Shown in pieces: positions 49,191-64,000 of a stretch of 64,000 nt of DNA. The translations under genes and the position numbers were made by a program. The notes beneath the pieces are model-generated. The model was not told the origin of the DNA. It did not search any database and saw nothing but the letters and a program-made list of their open reading frames with translations. The stretch's first letter is position 1. Each line of letters begins with the position of its first letter. Origin of the DNA: the human T2T-CHM13v2.0 reference genome, Homo sapiens; assembly GCF_009914755.1 (NCBI RefSeq), contig NC_060926.1; one strand, written 5' to 3'.

Positions 49191-49967
49191 TTCATTTGCC
49201 GTTCTTCATGGTAATACTTTTGAAGAAAGGTTTTATCTCTTAAAACTAATTTGCTCTACAGCCAGAATATTTTTACTTCAAAGATCTGTGTAGTTAACAA
49301 GATTCACTGAGCCAGACAGTCCTGACTGCCCTACTTTTTTCTTATCTTCATTTATTTTATTTAAAAAGTCCCTCTACGTTACAATCCTGAAGTCTGAACT
49401 TTATAATGAACTTTGATTTGTAAAGTATATATTTTTAAACCTCAAAAGTCAGTTAATAATGAGCAAGCTTCTGTTTTTCTGAAGAGGTGGAAGAGGAGGA
49501 GGAGGAGGAAGAAGAAGAAAACGGGGAAGAGAAAGAAGAGGAGGAGGAGGAGCCCTAGACTTCTGGGAGGGCTACTGGAACAGCTTTTGGGTTGCCTTTT
49601 GCCCCCAACTTCCCTGTTCCTTTGGGAATGACCTCTGTCCAAACAGCAATGTCATTTTGTAGATGCAGCCTAGTCAGTTTCCTGGGAGGAGAGGAAAGTC
49701 CTGCATCCTTTCCCAAAGCCTGTTACTATGACATGCTGCTGGGGAGCTGTGGGAATGAGCTGACAGGGAGGAAAGTGAAATCGGGGCTCTGTAGGAAGGA
49801 AGCACTGAGGAGCTTCCTGCAGGGAGGGAATGGATGGATGCTCAGGTGTCCAGGAGTCAGTGCTGCAGACTGACCGGAGAAAGGCCCCAGAAAGCCCAGG
49901 TTAGTTCCCGAGGCTTTGCAGCCCGGGAAGACTGAGAGCAGCTTCCCACAGTGCAGCGGCATGGCTC

Positions 49968-50125
49968 CACCATCTTCCAGAATGGCTGCCTGAGAAGCTC
50001 CAGAACAGACACCGAGGCTGCTATGCCCAGAAGGCAATTCCCAGCGCACACCGTCTTCCAGAATGGCTGCCTGAGAAGCTCCAGAACAGACACCAAGGCT
50101 GCTATGCCCAGAATGAAATTCCCAG
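49968..50125. repeat. Two-copy 81-bp tandem duplication
   Basis: c(a/g)tcttccagaatggctgcctgagaagctccagaacagacacc(g/a)aggctgctatgcccagaa at 49971 and 50052. Confidence 0.95.
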
Positions 50126-51837
50126 TGGAGGCATCATTCATCATCCCTAGGGGACTTCCATGGGGAGAAGTGCCCCCAGATGCCCTGTGTAGAGGCCACA
50201 CTGTCCACCTATATTGGACCTTTGTGGCCCACTGAGAAGGTGGCCCATCCTCGGGATCAGCATCCCACTACCTTCAGGGAAGGTTCCACCTTTTCTGCCC
50301 AGAGTGTTTCAGAGGACAACAAGGCCTCAAGCCACATCCCACCAAATCCCAAATCTGCCCACTAGGGAAGTCAGGGGACACAGTGCCCAGCGCGGGGGCA
50401 TGCTGCAGGGAGTAAGGTACTACAGTCAGTCGTAGACTCAAAAACGAAATTTTAGCACAATTGAAAATTATCCTTGGTGGCGGGATTTCAGATTTCTTAT
50501 ATTTTGATATACCATTTGAACATTTCAGTATCCTATCCCCGCCTATGTTACAAATGGCCATGTTCTCTACCTCTCCTCTCCCATCTTGGACAGGTGGCCC
50601 ACCCCCTGGGGGATGCATGGTCTGGCAGCTCCAGTCCCTGCCAGCCAAGCAGGGCACAGGGGGTGGGCATCCACCTGCCAGCTGCAGTGTTCTCCTTTCA
50701 GGCAGTGGCACGGACAGGAAGAACCAGCAGGACATCAACATACACCTAGTGACCCATCCAGAGGGGCCTCAGGGTGCCACAGACCTGCAGGACCCAAATC
50801 TCACTCCAGCAGGTGCCTAAGTCCTCCAATTACTCCCTGACAACCTCCCTCCTTTGGGACAAAAATCTGTCCCCTGTTAGTTCCAGAGCTTCCTGCCAGG
50901 GGCCACCAGCGAGCCAAGAAGTGGCCCCGCTCCTCATGGCTGCCTGGTGACTTGTACATTTCATGCGTTGTTTTGTTTCTTGCAGTCAAGTGGTGAGTGG
51001 AGGGAGGCGCCTCAGGAGCCCCACTGCCAGGGAGCAGGCGGGGAGGCTGGCCTTAGTCATTCTCCCTGCTTCGTTGGTCTCCAACTTTGCTCTTGGCCCA
51101 TCTTGCATTGGGAGTCATAAGAGTGTAAACACTGTGCAATTTTCCTCTCTTCATTTTATTGGAATTCCTGAAGTCACAGACTTCACACATTCTCGTTGTA
51201 TTTATAGCCCTGGAACATTCACGACCTCCAATACAAGAGATTTCCTCTCTGAACAATACTGCCTGCTCAGCCATTCATATAAACAGAGAAAGACAAAAGT
51301 ATCTTCATTTAAAACCACAATAAAATACCAGCAAAACAAATCACCTCTGAAAATAGCTGAGGCAGTGTCATGGTGGACAGAAACCCACACGCTTTCCCTC
51401 AATAAATGCAATTTGGTCAGCTGATTCTTCAGGTGCACACAGGTGGGTCCCCTGGAAAATGCACACTTTTGGGCACAGGAAGCTGGCTCGGTGTGGCAAG
51501 AGGCTCAGGCTCAGACAGGAGCAGAGACGCAGAGTCTCACGCGTGTTCCAGGGCTGCAAACAGTGAGTGCTGGGTGGCAGAAGGCACTGCTTGGTTGGGA
51601 CCCTCAATGTCCAGTTGGATTTTTGGGGTTCCCTTGGCTTCCCTGTGTTTCTGCTAAACTCCTTTCTTTGTGGTGAGAGTCCCAAGCTTAGCCTGTCTCA
51701 GAGTCCACAGAGGAGAGAAGCCTTATGAAGGGAGTGCGTGGGGTGCAGGATTTCATGTCCTCCTGTCTCTCCTGTTTCTCAGGGTGCGGACAGCCCCAGG
51801 AGGCATGCCCAGTCCCTGCCCTGCACCAGTGCTATGA

Positions 51838-52204
<367 letters not shown>

Positions 52205-52279
52205 CGGGTGAGATTAATTTTTAAAGGGCTTTAAACTTGCACTCTGCTTACTAAACCCAGTGTGATTAGGATTCTAACC

Positions 52280-52620
52280 CGGTTCTCTCTTCAAGTATCT
52301 GCTCGGCGGGCTCCCTTGCTTCCTGAAGGTCTTTGTTTAAACATCACTGTCACTGTAGCACAACCTTCCTGACTTTTCTATTCAGATTTCTGTCCCCCTC
52401 GCCCATATCCCCTGCTTTCCCAACCCCCTCCCCAGCTTCATATTTCTCCATAGCACATATCACCATATGAGAAAAAAAAACTCTCTATTCTTTATTTTTT
52501 ACTTACTTATGTGTCTACTGCCTGTCTCTCCCCTCTAGAGAGAAAGCTCAATGAGAACAGAAATTTTGTCTGTTTTGTTCACTCTTTTGATTGAGTCTGT
52601 CCCTAGAGTTTCCCTTAACA
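52280..52620 (+). mobile_element. L2 LINE 3' remnant
   Basis: ttctccatagcacatatcacc...gcctgtctctcccctctagagagaaagctcaatgagaacagaaattttgtctgttttgttcact. Confidence 0.75.
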
Positions 52621-54087
52621 GGGGTCTAGCATGTTCAGCTAGGGGTGGTTGCTCACCAGCCTTGTTCCTGGCTAAACCTCAAACCTCCTCTTCTACAAAA
52701 GCCCTGGGAACATTTTCACTGGTCTCTAAATCACTTGAAGCCAAACTTTTCCTTGGCAGTGAGTTTATTTTTACCTTACGGATACTGAGAGTCAAGGGAC
52801 TGATCATGTTATCCTGTTTCCCCATTCCCATCAGCTGCTAGGAAGCTCAGAGACAGGATGTTGCTGATCTCTAGAAGGTGCTTAGCATTTAGAGGCTTGT
52901 GTTTTGTATGATAATATAACTTCTGGCTTCAGCTCAGCTTCCTATACTCATTTTACCTTTTGTATATTGTTCTTATAACAACTTCATATCTGTATCTTAA
53001 AGTATTACCTGCCTCTTTGTAAATTTTCTCCTTTTCTGGAAAGAGGTAGATGATGGATGGATGGATAAAAGGAAAAATGGGTAGTTGAAAGGAAGGAAGG
53101 AAGGAAGGGAGATTGGCGAGAGAGTGAGGGAGGGGAGAGTCCTCCTATGCTAGAGTCTTGATCTGCCATTACCTGTGGCGTTGTGCTACAGGACCTGGTG
53201 TGCTCCCCCAGAAGGTGGGGACCCACTATCCTCCTGAGAGGCCACTGCCATGAGGCTGTGCATGTGGCATGGAACTCAGAGCCTACCTCCGGAGACCTCT
53301 CATAGGACAGCTCGTCCTGTTTCCACAGGGTCTCTCTTCTCCTGAGTCCCTGCTGAGTCCCCGGTGCCTCGGCATGCTGCACTGCGCTCATCTTCCTCTT
53401 CATCTTGGTCTTCTCTGTTTCATTTATAGCGAGGGGGACATTCTTTTCCTATGCAGACAGGAAGAAGAAAAGGAGGTCCAACAATGAGCTGCCATATAGG
53501 AGAGGTGAAACAGAAAGCCAGACCAAACATCTGTGATTCTAGGCATCGTCATGGGATTGCAGCAATCTCGGCCCTCTGGGATTCCATCAAGAAACCAAAA
53601 TCAAGCAAAGAGGACTTGAGGGGACTGGAACAAAGCCCACGACTTCACCACAGAGAAAAGACACTCCGAATTAGCTCTTACTTCAGCACAGTTCTGACAA
53701 GCGTGGCCTCGTGGCTTTCAAGTTCACATTCACAACTTCCCGACCTTTCTTCCTTGCACTGGTGAAGCCCATTTTCTCTGGACCCTGTCCCACTAACATT
53801 CTGCATCTCACAATCATTCAGCACCAACCCCCTACTTTTCAGAACTAGCCAGTATGGTTTCTTTTTTTTTTTTTTTTTTTTTATTATACTCTAAGTTTTA
53901 GGGTACATGTGCACATTGTGCAGGTTAGTTACATATGTATACATGTGCCATGCTGGTGCGCTGCACCCACTAATGTGTCATCTAGCATTAGGTATATCTC
54001 CCAATGCTATCCCTCCCCCCTCCCCCGACCCCACCACAGTCCCCAGAGTGTGATATTCCCCTTCCTGTGTCCATGTGATCTCATTGT

Positions 54088-57938
<3,851 letters not shown>

Positions 57939-57977
57939 TCATTAGTTGATGCAGTTTCTTCCTAGTCTCGATGGTCT

Positions 57978-58994
57978 TTACATTTTGGCATGATTTTGCA
58001 GTGGCTGGTACCGGTTGTTCCTTTCCATGTTTAGCGCTTCCTTCAGGAGCTCTTTTAGGGCAGGCCTGGTGGTGACAAAATCTCTCAGCATTTGCTTGTC
58101 TATAAAGTATTTTATTTCTCCTTCACTTATGAAGCTTAGTTTGGCTGGATATGAAATTCTGGGTTGAAAATTCTTTTCTTTAAGAATGTTGAATATTGGC
58201 CCCCACTCTCTTCTGTCTTGTAGGGTTTCTGCCGAGAGATCCGCTGTTAGTCTGATGGGCTTTCCTTTGAGGGTAACCCGACCTTTCTCTCTGGCTGCCC
58301 TTAACATTTTTTCCTTCATTTCAACTTTGGTGAATCTGACAATTATGTGTCTTGGAGTTGCTCTTCTCGAGGAGTATCTTTGTGGCGTTCTCTGTATTTC
58401 CTGAATCTGAACGTTGGCCTGCCTTGCTAGATTGGGGAAGTTCTCCTGGATAATATCCTGCAGAGTGTTTTCCAACTTGGTTCCATTCTCCACATCACTT
58501 TCAGGTACACCAATCAGACGTAGATTTGGTCTTTTCACATAGTCCCATATTTCTTGGAGGCTTTGCTCATTTCTTTTTATTCTTTTTTCTCTAAACTTCC
58601 CTTCTCGCTTCATTTCATTCATTTCATCTTCCATTGCTGATACCCTTTCTTCCAGTCGATCGCATCGGCTCCTGAGGCTTCTGCATTCTTCACGTAGTTC
58701 TCGAGCCTTGGTTTTCAGCTCCATCAGCTCCTTTAAGCACTTCTCTGTATTGGTTATTCTAGTTATACATTCTTCTAAATTTTTTTCAAAGTTTTCAACT
58801 TCTTTGCCTTTGGTTTGAATGTCCTCCCGTAGCTCAGAGTAATTTGATCGTCTGAAGCCTTCTTCTCTCAGCTCGTCAAAATCATTCTCCATCCAGCTTT
58901 GTTCTGTTGCTGGTGAGGAACTGCGTTCCTTTGGAGGAGGAGAGGCGCTCTGCGTTTTAGAGTTTCCAGTTTTTCTGTTCTGTTTTTTCCCCAT
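57978..58994 (-). CDS. ORF1: LINE-1 ORF1p, intact 338 aa RNA-binding chaperone
   Basis: Full-length MGKKQNRKTG...LQNHAKM; REKG and YPAKLS motifs present; the ARR motif reads DRR. Confidence 0.95.
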   Translation of the reverse strand: MGKKQNRKTGNSKTQSASPPPKERSSSPATEQSWMENDFDELREEGFRRSNYSELREDIQTKGKEVENFEKNLEECITRITNTEKCLKELMELKTKARELREECRSLRSRCDRLEERVSAMEDEMNEMKREGKFREKRIKRNEQSLQEIWDYVKRPNLRLIGVPESDVENGTKLENTLQDIIQENFPNLARQANVQIQEIQRTPQRYSSRRATPRHIIVRFTKVEMKEKMLRAAREKGRVTLKGKPIRLTADLSAETLQDRREWGPIFNILKEKNFQPRISYPAKLSFISEGEIKYFIDKQMLRDFVTTRPALKELLKEALNMERNNRYQPLQNHAKM

Positions 58995-59900
58995 CTTTGT
59001 GGTTTTATCTACTTTTGGTCTTTGATGATGGTGATGTACGGATGGGTTTTCGGTGTAGATGTCCTTTCTGGTTGTTAGTTTTCCTTCTAACAGACAGGAC
59101 CCTCAGCTGCAGGTCTGTTGGAATACCCTGCCATGTGAGGTGTCAGTGTGCCCCTGCTGGGGGGTGCCTCCCAGTTAGGCTGCTCGGGGGTCAGGGGTCA
59201 GGGACCCACTTGAGGAGGCAGTCTGCCTGTTCTCAGATCTCCAGCTGCGTGCTGGGAGAACCACTGCTCTCTTCAAAGCTGTCAGACAGGGACACTTAAG
59301 TCTGCAGAGGTTACTGCTGTCTTTTTGTTTGTCTGTGCCCTGCCCCCAGAGGTGGAGCCTACAGAGGCAGGCAGGCCTCCTTGAGCTGTGGTGGGCTCCA
59401 CCCAGTTCGAGCTTCCTGGCTGCTTTGTTTACCTAAGCAAGCCTGGGCAATGGCGGGCGCCCCTCCCCCAGCCTCGTTGCCGCCTTGCAGTTTGATCTCA
59501 GACTGCTGTGCTAGCAATCAGCGAGATTCCGTGGGCGTAGGACCCTCCGAGCCAGGTGCGGGATATAATCTCGTGGTGCGCCATTTCTTAAGCCGGTCTG
59601 AAAAGCGCAATATTCGGGTGGGAGTGACCCGATTTTCCAGGTGCGTCCGTCACCCCTTTCTTTGACTTGGAAAGGGAACTCCCTGACCCCTTGCGCTTCC
59701 CAGGTGAGGCAATGCCTCGCCCTGCTTCGGCTCGCGCACGGTGCGCACACACACTGGCCTGCGCCCACTGTCTGGCACTCCCTAGTGAGATGAACCCGGT
59801 ACCTCAGATGGAAATGCAGAAATCACCCGTCTTCTGCGTTGCTCACGCTGGGAGCTGTAGACCGGAGCTGTTCCTATTCGGCCATCTTGGCTCCTCCTCC
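58995..59900 (-). promoter_or_regulatory. L1 5'UTR internal sense promoter and antisense promoter; YY1 site intact
   Basis: Complete CpG-rich 5'UTR; CAAGATGGCCG on the minus strand at about 59879-59889. Confidence 0.9.
59450..59665 (+). CDS. ORF0: LINE-1 antisense ORF0, intact 71 aa
   Basis: ATG at 59450; MAGAPPPASLPPCSLISDCC...RCVRHPFL, stop at 59663-59665. Confidence 0.85.
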   Translation: MAGAPPPASLPPCSLISDCCASNQRDSVGVGPSEPGAGYNLVVRHFLSRSEKRNIRVGVTRFSRCVRHPFL

Positions 59901-60249
59901 CCAGTATGGTTTCTTATGTGTTATTCATGTCCTCCCACCGGTCTGTAAACCAAATGGCAAAATAACATAATTTCCCTCCTGTTTGTAAGTTTCCCATTTC
60001 TTTTAAGCTTATTGATAGCTCTTGTTCTTTCTTTTGTAGTTTTATATAAAAGTTAAAAAAATACAAATATCTCTTTCATGCCATTATTATCAGGAAAAGT
60101 TGTGAGACTTCAAAGGCTTTAGGCCAAAAGAAAGAAAAGAAGCTGAATCCATCCTTAACTTTTGGAATAATCAGTTCCCAGTTAATGTGCTCAAGAATTT
60201 CCTGATTAAATGTGAACAGAGAGCACCAGCACCCACCCAGAGGACTCCT

Positions 60250-60860
60250 CGCATTAGAGCCGCCCCATCCTCAGCATCATCCATCATCCCACCCTCACAG
60301 AGCTCATCTCAGAGACCAGGGGCAGTGGCAAGATCCCGGGCAGAGGTCCTGAGCCCCAATGAGCTTGGTGTGTTCCAGCACAGAGGGAAGACTCCTGTGC
60401 AGAAAGGGAGTGAGGAAGGGGAGAGTGGGAAGAGGTGAGGAGGAGAGGAGGGAAGGGGCTGGTCTCACAGGGACACAAGAGCCCAGTTTGGGGTTCAGCA
60501 AAGCAGATGCATGGTTTGGAGCACAGGATAATAACCACTGTGGCAGCTGTGCAGAGAATGGGTCAGGAAGAGGGTGATGAGGCTCTTGCAGTGACCTGGG
60601 GAGAGATCAAGGCAGTCTTTAGCTGGTTATTTGATTACTTAAGGTGGGCTCATGGCAGTAGATATGGGAAATGTCATCTTCTCAAGAAGGAACTGACGGG
60701 ATGCTGATGGGCTGGGCAGATGAGTAGAGGGAAAGCGAAATGAAGGGCACTGCCGAGGTCTCTGCCCGGCACTCTGCGTGGACATTGATGCCATCTGCAA
60801 AGGCAGGGGAGACTGGGAGAGACACGATGTGGGAGCTGCCAGGTAGGCTGCAGGGCACAC
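60250..60860 (-). mobile_element. L2 LINE remnant
   Basis: gagcttggtgtgttccag...ttgatgccatctgcaaaggcaggggagactgggagag motifs. Confidence 0.6.
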
Positions 60861-61010
60861 AACATCTGAACCTCAGGAGAGTGGGGCAATCATCCCCATT
60901 GCATCAGACCATTGTGGCAGGCACCCCTAGAGCCAGCTAAATACCTAGTCTCATCATTTTACTTACTAAAAGAGCCTTGACCAGGGACGTCCAGGTGACA
61001 TGGTATTCAC

Positions 61011-61471
61011 TGTGGATTGAATTATGTTCTCCAAGAATGCAGGTTATATAGGGACCTGTGACTATGACCAGGTACCCAGGTACCTGTGACTCTGACCTCC
61101 TTTGGAAATAGGGTCGCTACAGTTGTGATTAGGTAAGATAGGGTCCTCCTGGAATAGAGTGGGCCCTGATCCAATATGACTTGTGTCTTTCTAGAAAAGA
61201 GAAGAGACACAGAAACTGGAATAGGATGAAGGCCATGTGAAGACAAAGGCAGAGATTGGAGTGATGGATCCACTAGCCAAGGAACCCCAAGGATGGCCGC
61301 CCACCACCAGAAGCTGGAGAGGCAGGAAGGATCCTCCCCAGAGCTTCAGAGGGACCAGGGCACTGCTGACATCTTGACTTTAGACTTCTGGCCTCCAGAA
61401 CTGTGAGAGAATCCATTTCTGGTGTTTAAAGCTACCCAGTTTGTGGTGCTTTGTTTTTGGAAACCAATACA
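61011..61471 (+). mobile_element. MLT1C-like MaLR LTR
   Basis: ctttggaaatagggtc...gcagagattggagtgatg...gacttctggcctccagaactgtgagaga...ggaaaccaataca. Confidence 0.88.
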
Positions 61472-63722
61472 GTGTCAAACAATGAAATATAAGCTCATAT
61501 CCATGCAGGCATCCCTTCCCTTATTGAAAGGGCAGCTCTCAGACCCTTGTGCTCCCCTTTCTACCTGCCTGGGACATGTACAAACAGCAGCAAGTGTGGG
61601 GGCCACCAAAGCCAACAGCCCAAACACAGCAGGGCAGAAACACAGGACACAGCCTCCAAAATGTTTACCCTGCATAAGAGCCAAACAGTACGATCTCCAA
61701 ATTTACACAGCCTGACATTTCTGTCAGACATCAAGGTAACAAGTTAGAGTTGCTGGCATCTCTTCCCAAAGAAATGAAAGAGGACATCACTTGAAATCAA
61801 TAAGAATAAACCAGGATGCTTGTTATTATTTTAAAGAAAGCCATGCCGTAAAATCACAATAGACCAATTAAAGTCACTATCAGGAAACAGAAGAATAATC
61901 AGCACAGAGAAAATAAAATCCAGATTACAGTGAAGTGGATGATTCTGGGGGAAAAAAAAAGAACCAAGGCTGGGCACAGAGAAGGTTCAGAGAGTCTGTG
62001 ATAAAATTTGCAATCAGAGTCTGCACCAACACAGTGTCTCATAAAACTTTTAAACCAAGTGAAAAGACTGAATATTCAGCAATCACCAAGCAGGAAAGAC
62101 ATGTTACAGTGACAGGTATGACTCATAGCTGCTTTTGATTTCTCCAATGCTCTCACTTCCCAAAGACAAAAGAATCACATCTATAGGCCTCAGCTCTGCA
62201 GAAAGGATATGCTCTGAGAATTAGTTACTCAACAAGTTGTCATCCCCATCTGAGGCTACACAAAGGCGCTTTCAGATCCACAGAATGTCCTTGTATGGCT
62301 TGTGAATCCATATCTCAGAGCCCGTAATAGACTCTGTTGCGTACAAGAACCTAATACACACTAAAATAAGCAGCACCAAACACTAGGGAAAAAAAAGTTA
62401 TTCATTAAATTAAGTTAGGTTGATTTCATAGGGATTTGGAAATTCATTTAGAGTCACATTTACATTATGCTCCAGAATAGACTCCAGATGCTTGAAGGAG
62501 TTAAATCGTTTTAAATATGTGAAATTAGAGGGGAACTGGTTAAAATTAAATCTGAGTATTTACCTCAACTTCTAAGAGAGGCAAGCTTCTTCAAAATGGA
62601 ATCAACAGAAGAAATTTCAGTGAAAAAGAGCATTTGGCTATTTCGCTGAAAATTAAAATCAGCAAAACCCAACAAACCTAAAATTTAAAATCATAAGAAA
62701 CTATAATGTGTTAGGCACATATCAAGCGTCAGGTGTGGCACTAGGCACTTCCATGCCCTCCCATTTCATCTTTGAGGCAGCCCCAGGAGGAGGCACCGTG
62801 ACCCTATTGCACTCGTGAGGGAGAGGGGGCTGTGAGCCTCCCAGAGCCAGGTTTCCCCTGGGTCAGTCAGACACCGAACCCTAGTCCATCCTGTGTGAAC
62901 AGAAGAGGCAGGAACTAGGGGGAGATGCATTTAACATTTGTGAAAGCTTATTACAATAAATTAGAGGATCACCAAGATATTCCAATCATGAGGAGGTAAA
63001 GGGTCCACACGTGACAATTCCTGTAGCACAGGTGCCATAAGCAGCCGGACAGAGGGGGCTTCCTGAGAGCCCCCAACCCAACATGCCTGGGGAGGGGTCT
63101 CTGGGAGGTCTGACCACTCTCAGGGCCACAGAACTCAAAAGAGAGCTGAGAGAGGCTCAGGAGACACCCCAAAAGGCCACAGTGCCCCCTGAGATGAGGC
63201 CTGGCCCCTGGGCAGGCAAGACAGTGTCCGGCAGACACCACCTGGGTGACCTGAGTGAAGCATGTGGATCTATCTTCAAAATAAGAGCTGTTGGGAGGGT
63301 TAAACGAAGCCACGGATGACAAGTGCCCAGCACCTGGTAGGTGCTCCAGGGCTCTGTCCCGGTTCCCAGCCCTCCTGGCACCTCCTTTGTGTGGAGCTGG
63401 AGGAGACCAAGGCATGCACGCAAGGAGCTTGTGACAAAGCTGTTGAAGCAGTGATGGAGGAAAGGGGACAGGGATATGATCTAGTGATCAGGAAGCTGCG
63501 TCTACTTCTAGGCTGCAGGTGTGAAGGGGGTTGTGGGGTGGGGGTGCTGTGTAGTGATAAGAAGGCCATCAGTACCCCGGCTGGAGGCAACAGCCCACGC
63601 ATGCACACCTGCGCCCACCTTCTAGTCTGGTGCAGGGGTCTCCCTCGGCTACTCTAGCTAGAACCTGGCCAGCAAGGGAGCAGGGGTATATGTGGCTTCT
63701 AGGCTTCTAGCCTCAGCAGTGT

Positions 63723-64000
63723 GTGGTAGGCAAATAAGGACTCCTCTAAAGATATCTACATCCTAATCCCCAGAACCTGTGGATAGGCTGGGTCACACTG
63801 CAAGAGGGAATGAAGGCTGCAGATAGAATGAAGCTTTCTAATCACCTGACTTTAAAGTAGGGAGATTATGCTGGATTATCTGTATGAATCCTATATCCTT
63901 GAAAGTGGATGAGGAAATCAGAAGAGAGCCATCAGAGAGCAACACGAGAACTCATCCAACACCATCGGCCTTGAGGCTGGAGGAAGGGAGATGAGCAAGT
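63723..64000 (+). mobile_element. MLT1D/E-like MaLR LTR, truncated by the window end
   Basis: tgtggtaggcaaataa...catcctaatccccagaacctgtg...agggagattatgctggattatct. Confidence 0.8.

Noticed and set aside
49413-49631. Arg/Lys-rich ORF resembling an NLS or protamine
   Set aside because: It arises from a GGA/GAA low-complexity tract at about 49494-49552.
50965-50998. Possible 7-nt micro-exon (ttcttgcag|TCAAGTG|gtgagt)
   Set aside because: No host gene or reading frame supports it.

Overview
Human genomic DNA: it carries a human-specific L1HS-Ta element, plus many Alu, MIR, L2, MaLR/ERV LTR and MER elements. I recognise no host protein-coding exon. The only real coding sequence is in a full-length L1HS Ta-1nd on the minus strand (53864-59900, 15-bp TSD). 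Its ORF1 and ORF0 are intact, but ORF2 is inactivated by a nonsense codon and a 1-bp deletion. The most unusual feature is a 1.4-kb, indel-free array of 235 GTGGAT/GTGGTT hexamers (9283-10692). It contains about 60 RUNX sites (TGTGGT), about 55 of them inside the ETS:RUNX composite core GGATGTGGT, and it is open in several frames, including a 502-codon minus-strand Pro-His/Pro-Gln ORF with a strong Kozak ATG. Other notable items: a CpG island (about 18.4-19.4 kb) with divergent splice donors; a recent 282-bp local templated insertion flanked by a 7-bp direct repeat; a small TSD-flanked, polyadenylated retrocopy of an LTR 3' end; and nested transposon stacks. Repeat subfamily names come from recalled consensus sequences and need RepeatMasker/Dfam confirmation. 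I could not identify the chromosomal locus.
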